Assembly (NCBI GenBank): GCA_013265495.1
Contig: MU058045.1
Location: 841,986 to 905,985, forward strand
Length of the DNA: 64,000 nucleotides
Direction: 5' to 3'
From: Vicugna vicugna
Taxonomy: Eukaryota
The number at the start of each line of letters is the position of its first letter. Position 1 is the first letter of the stretch. Below are positions 51,446-61,068 of the stretch, piece after piece. The position numbers and the translations under genes were made by a program. The notes under the pieces were generated by a model. It saw only the letters and a program-made list of their open reading frames with translations. It searched no databases and was not told the origin of the DNA.

Positions 51446-52648
51446 GGCCTGAGGTGGAAATACTGAGCCCAGCTTGGGGGTGAGGGAAGCAAGTGGGAAG
51501 GGTGGAAGCACAGGAGTGGAATCCACCCCTGGGTGCTGGGACCGAGAGATGGCCAGTCACAGTGACGCAGAAGAGGAGGGCAATGGCCTTGGGAGACTAG
51601 ACAGCACCTAGGATGTGGGACTCGTGGTTTTTGTTATTGTTTTGTTTTGTTTTTTTCATTTTTCAGTTTTATTAGGGGACTCATGTTTTAAGTATTGGGA
51701 AACTCCTGAAGATTTTTTAGAATGACAGTGACAGTGGGGGAAAAAGAGGGGGTTAGGGTGAAGGTTATTGTGGATTTAATTGGGCAGTGATATGAAAACA
51801 CTGCAGACGCCAGTGTTCAGTTGGGGTGAATCATTGACCAGGTTGGTGACGGTAAGAATGGAAAGAAGAGTATGTTTGAGAGAGAAAAAAGGCTTCGCAA
51901 GCTCTGATGATGGGTCCAAAGGGAAGTCTAAGGGCAGCAGATGAATAAGAAATGACTCCCAGCCTCTGAGCCTGGTACAGATTTCCACATTTCAGAGCTA
52001 GAAAATAGCTTTAAAGCCATCTAATTCGGGGGGAGGGTATAGCTCAGTGGAGGCCTGAGGTGGGAATACTGAGCCCAGCTGGGGGGTGAGGGAAGCAAGT
52101 GGGAAGGGTGGAAGCACAGGAGTGGAATCCACCCCTGGTGCTGGGACCGAGAGACGGCCAGTCGCAGTGACGCAGAAGAGGAGGGCAATGGCCCTGGGAG
52201 GCTGGACAGCACCGAGGGTGTGGGACGCGTGGCTTTTGCTTTGCTTTGTTTTGTTCATTTTTCAGTTTTATTAGGGGACTCATGTTTTAAGTATTGGGAA
52301 ACTCCTGAAGACTTTTTAGAATGACAGTGACAGTGGGGGAAAAAGAGGGGTTAGGGTGGAGGTTATTGTGGATTTAATTGGGCAGTGATATGGAAACACT
52401 GCAGACGCCAGTGTTCAGTTGGGGTGAATCATTGACCAGGTTGGTGACGGTAAGAATGGAAAGAAGAGTATGTTTGAGAGAGAAAAAAGGCTTCGCAAGC
52501 TCTGATGATGGGTCCAAAGGGAAGTCTAAGGGCAGCAGATGAATAAGAAATGACTCCCAGCCTCTGAGCCTGGTACAGATTTCCACATTTCAGAGCTAGA
52601 AAATAGCTTTAAAGCCATCTAATTCGGGGGGAGGGTATAGCTCAGTGG
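51446..52648 (+). repeat. ~600-bp head-to-tail tandem duplication (copy 1 51446-52050, copy 2 52052-52648)
   Basis: Direct alignment; the duplicated ORF-track entries 51776..51988 and 52374..52586 agree. The last 255 bp are identical. Confidence 0.97.
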
Positions 52649-52718
52649 TAGAGGCGTGTGCTTAGCATGCACAAGGTCCTGGGTTCAATCCCCAGTACCT
52701 CCGTTTAAAAAATTTTTG
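52626..52718 (+). mobile_element. tRNA-Ala-derived SINE (Vic-1-like), with a 23-bp duplicated head fragment at 52028-52050
   Basis: ggggggagggtatagctcagtggtagaggcgtgtgcttagcatgcacaaggtcctgggttcaatccccagtacctcc; diverged TSD aagccatctaattc / aagttatcttattc. Confidence 0.9.
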
Positions 52719-53539
52719 AAGTTATCTTATTCAGTGTTTCCACATGCAGAATCTAATGGAGAAACTCAGGTTGGAAGCCATTAGATTGTGAAAGTAATTC
52801 TCAAGTCTCTTTCTGAGGTCCTTTCTTTCCTTTCCTAGTGAGATTTTCCAGAAATGGGCTAGTTTATGTCACTACCATACTCAGCCTCCAGATTTCCCTT
52901 ATCCACCCTGACCAAGGTTCAGGAAAATCCCAGGTGCAGTGGATCTTAGTAATAGGATACCCTTTGCCATGTGTCTTTTATATTTCATGGACACTTGGGG
53001 ACATTTTGGTGAGAATTTTTAAAATGAGACTGTATGGCATGACGTTCCAGCTCCACACCTACCTCTCACCCCAGCAGGAAGGAATATCAGCAGTGCTTTC
53101 CTGATAAAAACTACAGAATTTACATGGAAGACAGTATAGTAGTGGTAGGAACCATCAATTATTGTATTATGGCTGTTGAAGATAAAGTTCAGTTTTGCAA
53201 AATGATGAAAACATTTATCATCCATCCAGCTGTGTTGTACACTGCTATGTTAAAATATTGGGTTAAGCATTGGTCTGCATTAAAAGAAATACTGTGTTAG
53301 AATCAAAAGAAATAACGTTCTTGATCTACTCTATTGTTGAAAAGTCATTCGTTGTATTTGATTCAGTTACACATGCCATAGGAACGGAAATGTATTACCT
53401 AGAGTTGGGGACCAATCCCCAGTAGAACTGGCGAATCATGTCACGTGAAGCATCAGGCTACAAAGGAGGACTCAGCAAACCAGGGCCCGGGGCCTGTTTT
53501 CATACAACACACAAGCTAAGAATGTAGGTTTTAATATTT

Positions 53540-54328
53540 TTTTCTTTTTTTAATTAAAGTATAGTTGATTTACAGTGTTGTGTTTGTTTCACGTGTACAG
53601 CACAGTGATTCAGTTATACATATATATATTCTTTTTTAGATTCTTTTCCATTATAAGTTATTATTATAAGATACTGAATATAGTTCCCTGTGCTATATAG
53701 TAGGTCTTTGTTGTTTATTATTTTGTGTACAACGGTGTGTATCTGTTAATCCCAAACTCCTAATTTATCCTTCCCCTCTGTCCCCTTTGGTTACCATAGT
53801 TTGTCTTCTGTGTCTGAGTCTGTTTCTGGTTTTTAAATAAGTTCATTTGTATCTTTTTTCTTTTTAGATTCCACATATAAGTGAATATATATGTTTGTCT
53901 TTGTCTGACTTGACTTAATATGAAAATCTCTAGGTCCTCCCATGTTGCAAATGGTACTATTTCATTCTTTTTTATGGTATATATATACCATGGACTACTA
54001 CTATACTATATAAATGTACGTATATATGCGTGAATTTTTATACACACACACACACACACATACCACATCTTTATCCATTCATCTGTCCATGGACATTTGG
54101 TACTTTTTTTCTTTTTAAATGGAGGTACTCCGGGTTGAACCCAGGACCTCCTGCATGCTAAGTGCTCTCTCTACCACTGAGCTATTACCCTCCCCTCTGA
54201 TGGACATTTAGGTTGCTTCCATGTCTGGGCTACTGTAAATAGTGCTGCTACGAGCATTGGGGTGCATGTATCTTTTTGAATTAGAGTTTTCTCCGGGTAT
54301 ATGCCCCGGAGTGGGATTGGTGGATCAC
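53540..54328 (-). mobile_element. Lineage-specific L1 3' end with ORF2 C-terminal remnant
   Basis: Minus-strand peptide DPPIPLRGIYPEKTLIQKDTCTPMLVAALFTVAQTWKQPKCPS is typical L1 ORF2; aggtttt(a/t)atattttt repeated on both sides. Confidence 0.9.
54104..54195 (-). mobile_element. tRNA-Ala-derived SINE (Vic-1-like) nested in L1
   Basis: Head on the minus strand; TSD atggacattt at 54089-54098 and 54200-54209. Confidence 0.85.
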
Positions 54329-54598
54329 AGGTTTTTATATTTTTAAATGGTTGTAAAGACCCCAAAGCAGAATACTGTTTTGTGACATGTGAAAATTATG
54401 TGAAATTCAAACTTCAGTGTCTATCAAGTTTTCTTATTTTTAATACAGCCTTTCTTGTTTGATTACATATTATCTGTGGTTGCTTTTGCGCTGAAACAGC
54501 AGAGTTGAGTAGTTATGACAGAGACATATGGCCTGCAGAGCCTAAAATATTTACCATCTGGCCCATTGCAGAAAATGTTTACCAAACCCTGAGCTAAG

Positions 54599-54767
54599 GC
54601 AGTGTTTCCCAAACCTTAATGTGCATATGAGTTACCTGGGAATCTTGTTAAAATTCGGATTCTGAGTCAGGAGGTCCAGGGTGGGACCTGAGAGTCTGCG
54701 TCTCTGACAAGCTTCCAAACGATGCTGATACTACTGGTCCTTGGATCACACTTCGATTTGCAAGGGC
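54599..54767. mobile_element. MER5A-like hAT element
   Basis: cagtgtttcccaaac...cctgggaatcttgttaaaa...gattctga...gggtgggacctgagagtctgc...gatgctgat. Confidence 0.8.
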
Positions 54768-56309
54768 CTGGGTATTCAAGCCAAAAAAAAAAAGTGTGTT
54801 GTAAAGGAGAGATGATTAACTTTTAAAGTAGAAATAGACCTGTTTCATTTTACTTCAGAAGCCAGAACTGGGACCTGTGGGTACCAGCTTCGGTGGTTGC
54901 CTTAGGAAGCACTTTCTACCGACTAAAGGTAACCACAGAGCCACTGCAGTGGCTGCAGAGGAAGCTGGGAGCGTTTCAGAGAAGATTCCTAGGCTGGACG
55001 TTCCCCAAGTGGAGAGCGGTGACTGAGGGCTCTGCCAGCTTCGTTTCTCTGATGGACGGTGAAGAGGCGAGGAGAGAATAGCGAGCCGGGAAGACAGACC
55101 TGGTCGCTCCTGGCCACGGCCGAGGCACACAGGAGTGGCCGGAATTGGATTCATCTCCTGTAAAGGGCACAGCGGCTAATTTACCTGTGCAACGGGAGTA
55201 ACACACGATCGAGGCCTAGCAGTCAGCACACCCATGAAGAGTAAAGGCTTAGCTGCGATTTTTGTGTCTTAGTTTGTACGCGGTATTACCGGAGTCCGCC
55301 CTCGTGTGCCCTGCAAAGGCCGCAGCTGTCAGAATGACACTTCCACTCACTCACTTACGAAGCAGTTAAAAGGCAGTCCCTGCCCTTCTTACTCTGCGCT
55401 TGGGTCCGTTTCTCCCCACAGCCCTTCCCTGAAGTCTTTCATGCCTTATGAATGAATCCCTGCCTGTCGCTGGATCTCGCAGCTGCAAGTCATTTGAGGC
55501 CCTGATGAGTGAATCCTCTTGTTAAAAGGCTCCTCTAAGAAGTACTTTAAAAAAAAACACACACCCACCCACAAAAAAACCAGGATAGAAACTAGCCATT
55601 TTGAGCAAGCCGATAAATATTGGAGACTAGCAGTTTCAGACCGATGAGTGAGTCATGGAGTATTTAAGCAGCCTGGTATTTAGCTATTGATGAATACCCT
55701 CAAACCCATAAAACTCATGAAGTTAATAGCAGAACTCTGCACAAACCCAGTGCGCGGCTGTAGCCGTGGTCTCAGTGTAGCGCTCAGCTTCGAACGCTTT
55801 TCATTTCAGCTTGTCACGGGCCTTTAAAGACATGATTTATGCTTCCTAATACCCCAGGGAGGTTAAGTGTTTTCATATTTATTGCATGGAAGAGGGTTCT
55901 GTGCTTGCTTGCCTGTCCTGAAATCAGTTTGGCTGGAAAAGGACACAAGAATTCTGACCTCAGCCCTGTATTCAAACCAGGAGTCAGCACTTGAAAAATG
56001 GGAATCAATATCTTGCCCAGAGAGCGCGTTTCATCCTGCAAACCTGGGGGAGGAACAGATGGTGGGAGGCCACATGCACACAATGCTGCTTTTTCTTTCA
56101 CAAATCCGCCTGTATCCCCCCATCCCAGAGCTCGGCCGCGGTGATACAGGCCAAACATCTTTCAGCTCTCAGACTTCTCAGACAGTTCTTCATCACCCCC
56201 GTGTTGGGTTCATCGCCACCACGATTGTGATCCTGATTATTAAAACCTGTGTAGTGCAAAGAGTCTAGATTCTGTCCTAAGCATGTTGGTCATCTTCTTC
56301 TCAACAGAT

Positions 56310-56328
56310 TGTGTGTGTGTGTGTGTGT
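56310..56328. repeat. (TG)n microsatellite
   Basis: tgtgtgtgtgtgtgtgtgt. Confidence 0.9.
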
Positions 56329-57049
56329 TGATATTTTTCAAAATCATAATCACTTCAGTTGCCCATCCCCTGTTCCTGTTACCCATGGAATTCAGTCTCT
56401 TGCCACCTTTACAACTAAACAGACATGCTGGCGTATATTTCCTGTTCCACGTGCCCACTTCTTGTTCACCTTCCTTGCAGTCCTTGGGTTTGTTATGGTT
56501 ATCTCCTTTTTGGCAGGTAAGAGGTGGGGTATGTCTTTAAGAAACACATGTGGGGACCCGTGCATGTTGTTGCACTCAGTTAACTGGATGGGTTTTGTCC
56601 CTTTTGGCTCCAGCTTGCTCCCAGGACCAGTGGCTCAGTTCCCACGGTTAATTCCTGATGGGTTCCTTTGCTGCAGAATCTGTTTTTCTTCCGTCCTACT
56701 TACCACTCCCTCATAAATCTTTCACAGATAAAATTTTTGTCGCATGGCTTCAGGACTCAAAAAATTTTCGTTGTTTTCTTACTGTCTAACAGATGACACT
56801 AAAATTTCTTCGGTCAATATCTAAGGCCCTTTTGAATCCAAGCCTGATTTTCTTCTACTCTGTGTAAGTTTCTTCCATTTCAATTCTACACGTGTCTGGT
56901 ACATACCTATTACTGTTCCAGGTGCTCTTTAGGCAGTGGGTATAAAGCATTGTTTTTAATCTACTTGGGGAGTCGATATGCTTTCAGAATGCCAATAAAT
57001 AATGATAAAAGGCAGTATGTAGTTTATGAGTGCAAACTGGCTCCTACAG

Positions 57050-58540
57050 GTAAGCCTCACTTAAATCCGGGGCTCTTCAGGGGCCTGTCTTCGGTTTTCT
57101 CTTACTCTGCACGCTCTTAGCAAGGTCCTCCCCTGTTCCGATCAGCTTGTCCGTATCCTGATCCATCCTGTGGCTTCAGCCTTGTCTGGGTGCTGAGCAC
57201 GGTTCGGTCTGTGTTTCTCCACAATCCCAGATCCCTATTTCTAACCTGACCCAGCAGCTTCACCGAGAGAGGTACCTCCGATGCAATGTGTCTGAAATTC
57301 AATTCGTTTTCTTCCCCACAGACCTGTTCCCACTCCTTACTGTCTTTCTCTGCTGTTGGTGTCACCATTCAGCTTACCTGCAAGGTCGGACATCTGCAGC
57401 CTGTCACTAAATTCAGTTGATCGCACCTCTGAAACTGTCACTCATGTCTCTTCTCCGCACCTCTCCCTTTGAGAACGACTCCTGAAGCCCAGCAGCTTTT
57501 CCCACCCCGACTTTTTTTTTTGTATATATATACTTTTTTATTGAGGTATAGTCGATCTACAATGTTTTGTCAATTTCTGCTGTGCAGCATAATGCTTCAG
57601 TCATACATGAACATACATATATTCATTTTCATATTCTTTTTCACCGTAAGTTACTACAAGGTATTGAATATAGTTCCCTGTGCTAAACAGTATGAACTTG
57701 TTTATCTATTTTATATATAGTAGTTAGTATCTGCAAATCTCAAACTCCCAGTTTATCCCTCCTCACCCCCTCCCCCAACCCATAAGTTTGTTTTCTATGT
57801 CTGAGTCTATTTCTGTTTTGTAAATAAGTTCATTTGTCTTTTTTTTCCCCAGATTCCACATATAAGTGATATCATATGGTATTTTTCTTTCTCTTTCTGG
57901 CTTACTTAGAGTGATGATCTCCAGGTCCATCATGTTGCTGCAAATGGCATTATTTTATTATTTTTTAGGGCTGAGTAGTATTCCATTGTATAAATATACC
58001 TCAACTTCCCCCGACTCTTTCAGGGCTCCTGTCTGCCTTCCCCTTGCTGACAGAATTAGCTTCTTCAGAACAAATCCTCCCCTGTTATTTTCATACTGAA
58101 AGTCTCAAGCGGCACCTCAGCACATTTAGGATAAAACAGTGGCTTGAAGAGGCAGGGGTACTAAAGCCACCTCCGGGCCTGGGCAGCCTCCGCTGTGGGG
58201 ATCCACACTGACTACCGCCATCCATTTCACACCTCTGCCTCCTGACACACGTTCTCTCCACGTGTGATGCTCTTCCTGCCTCTCTTACCCAAAGGACACG
58301 GTCATAGTTCAGATGTCATCTTCTCCATAAACTCTTCCCCGTTGGCAGCCTTCTCTGGGCCCCACAATTTTTCCTGCCGCAGTGGAAGCATTGACTGTCT
58401 TAGGTTTACCCGTCATTTTAATATCTGCACCCCTGGAAGTACTTTGTGTGACCCTTTGGAGAAAGGGCTGTACAGGATTTGTCTTTTCATCTCCAGTAGG
58501 GCCAGTAGATTGTTTTTGGTTGCGTGAATGGATGAACGTG
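57050..58540 (+). mobile_element. L2 fragments interrupted by an L1
   Basis: Pyrimidine-rich L2 sense pattern ending tgaatggatgaa at ~58525-58536. Confidence 0.6.
57513..58003 (-). mobile_element. Lineage-specific L1 3' end
   Basis: Poly-T, ttgaggtatagtcgatctacaatg...gttgctgcaaatggcattatt...gctgagtagtattccattgta; ccccgact repeated on both sides. Confidence 0.88.
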
Positions 58541-58599
58541 TTGTTCGTGATGTTGTGGGAAGGGTTTTGTGATGGCAGACCATTAATTCCATCTAAAAC

Positions 58600-58800
58600 C
58601 ACTTACTGAGCCCCTGTTCAGTGCACATGCTCAACATACAGTCATAAGGCAGGAATAATGTCCCAAAATTATTTCCATTTTTTTTGCAAAGCTAGAACCT
58701 AAGACTCCAGTTGAGTGGTTTGGTTAAGACTATGTTGCTAATGAGCAAAGGAGTCAGGATTTGAACCCAGATTGGTCTGGGGTCCAAGCTTACGCCTTGT
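58600..58800 (-). mobile_element. MIR SINE
   Basis: cacttactgagc...ggagtcaggatttgaacccag. Confidence 0.6.
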
Positions 58801-60304
58801 CTTCCAACATGAAGATGCTGGTGTCAAAGAGTAAATCTTAGGAACACGTTCCGAGGCCCTCCGTGAAGATAGTGACTCGGCAGATATAAAGCCCTTGGGA
58901 GCTCTCGAAGTACGCCTGTGGTTTTGCAGAGGACTTGAGCTATTTTTACAACTGGTCTCCCTGTCTGTATCTTTGCGGCCCAGATATTGTTTGAGTCACA
59001 AAGGAAAATTGTTGATCCACAGTGAACCGGTTCAACTTTTCTCCTCCTCAGTCTCAAGAGTATTCCATGGAGGAAAATGTTTTAAACCGCACCTGAGCTA
59101 TAAACAATTTATCCTGAAGGTAACGGTGTTAGTATTGCAGTATGTAAACCTTCAGCTAATAAAAATCAAAGTAGCCTAATTTGGAAAGTACACAGAAGGT
59201 TAGAGGGAAAAGCTTGTAAATGTTTTCAAAGAGTCTCTATTTAATTCTATCACCAGCTAGCAAAATAAATAGTCCAGCTGCTAGCTCTGAAACAGACACG
59301 TGTTGGAAATGAAATGTTAATCGTTTAAATGCATTGGTCATTAGGAATCAAAAGGGACATGAGGTACACTTGCTGGTTTATGAGAAACAAGGTGAAAGTT
59401 CCCAAAACACATTTGTGGTAACTAGGTTTAAAATTGCTTCCTCATCTTGTATTTCAGTGGCTAATACTTAGTCTGGTGCGTGTGTGACTGGGGGGGGGGC
59501 GGCATTTTTCGCCCTACTTAGATGCAGAGGTTTGGAAATAAATGGAGAATGGAAATCAGGAGATGTTAAATTCCACTTTTCCATGTGTCCCCACCATTTG
59601 CCGTAGATTACAAGCTTCATGCCAGACTCTTCTGAGGAACAGGAGGTTACTGTCAATAATGTGCTAAGATTGACCCGAAATGTTTAGCCAGCACATCTGC
59701 TTGTAAGCGCTGGCCTGGTGTGAGGAGGTTATACTGGAATTAATTCACTCCGTTTTGGTACTCTGAAAGGTTTTCTCCACATCTTGTTTTACCGTGGTGA
59801 AACTTATAAAAATCAATTGGAATTTCTTTATTTTTCCTTGAAACTTAAAAAAGGATTGGCGGAAAAAAAGAATCTGCCAAGCAGTGTGTTCTAAAGACAA
59901 GCACTTGAATTAGAATTTCATGTCTTCACGTCTTTGCTTTTACCTTCAGATGAGGGTGGAGCTGTATGTCTTCCACCCTGAAAATGTTTGATTTTCTTGT
60001 TGAAAACCCAGTAGACTGAGTGGAGGGGAGCAGACAGTGTACCGAGGCGCTCGCAGCCGGCAAAACATTTTGTGAAACTGGATGTTATCCTAGGAACTTT
60101 CCGACGTCAGGAAAAGGAAAGGAAGGGAGGTTTCTGGGAAATTTCTGCAAGCGCAGCACAGCCCTCCAGGTCCTGACACCGTGTTAATGCCGGGATGTTT
60201 GGCGTCAGTGCTGCTGTTAGCCGGTTCATCCTGAGCAAGGCGACCCTGCCTTAGCACTTTTCTCAGATTGAGAGGGGGCCTGCCTTCCAGCAGCAGGTGG
60301 CTAG

Positions 60305-60540
60305 TGTTTCTGTTGGAGGTGGTAGAAAAGTTTTGGAAACAGATAGTGGTGAGGGTTGTGCCGCATTGTGAATGTAATTAATGCCACTGAATTCTACACT
60401 TAACAGTGGTTAAAATGGCAAGTTTTACATGACATGTATTTTACCACAGTTTAAAAAAATTAAAAATCCATTGAATTGTACACCTTAAATAGGTGAATTT
60501 ACAGTATATAAATTATATCCCAGTAAGGCTATTTAAAACA
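60305..60540 (+). mobile_element. L1MB-like 3' terminus
   Basis: gatagtggtgagggttg...gtgaatgtaattaatgccactgaatt...cacttaa...ggttaaaatgg. Confidence 0.8.
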
Positions 60541-60760
60541 GAAACAGAAACAAAACCTGAGTGTAGGGAGTTGGATGTACTGTTAACTGAATGTTCTAGA
60601 TAGTTAAGGACTAGTACGTTTGTGCTGAAACTTCTCAGGTAAAAGGCACCCTTTTGTGGGATATAAGAATATGAACTTGAAAAGCATGTTCTGGGGCTTC
60701 CTTGGGTTGTGCCTCCTTAGAAATATGACACTTTACTGTCAACACAGCATCTGAATAGAA

Positions 60761-61068
60761 CTGTGTTGTCCAGTACAGTGGCCACTGGCCACACGTGGCT
60801 ACTGAGCACTTGAAACGTGGCTTGTTTGAATTGAGATGTGCTGTATGTGCAAAATAACACTGAATTTTGAAGATTTGGTCCAAAGAAAAGAATGCACACT
60901 ATCGTGTGAATAACTTTTATATTGATTACATGTTGAAATGCCAATATTTTTGATGTATTAGGCTATATAAAATATACTGTTAAATCTATTTCTTTTTACT
61001 TTTTTAATGTAGCTACTAACAAGTTTTGAATTGCCCATGCGGCTCATACTACATTTCGATGGGACTGG
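60761..61068. mobile_element. MER33-like hAT element
   Basis: gttgtccagtacagtggccactggccacacgtggctactgagcacttgaaacgtggct...ttttatattgattacatgttgaaatg. Confidence 0.8.

Larger units (their letters stand above)
53470..54595. mobile_element. MER58-like hAT element interrupted by an L1
   Basis: ctcagcaaac...caagctaagaatg, then after the L1 atatttttaaatggttg...gcctaaaatatttaccatctggccc...aaaccctg. Confidence 0.75.

Noticed and set aside
51776..52586. Two near-identical 70-aa ORFs suggesting a small gene pair
   Set aside because: A by-product of the tandem duplication; no coding signature.
60287..60304. CTCF-like cagcagcaggtggctag
   Set aside because: It lacks the conserved CC at the core start and abuts an L1 fragment; too weak.
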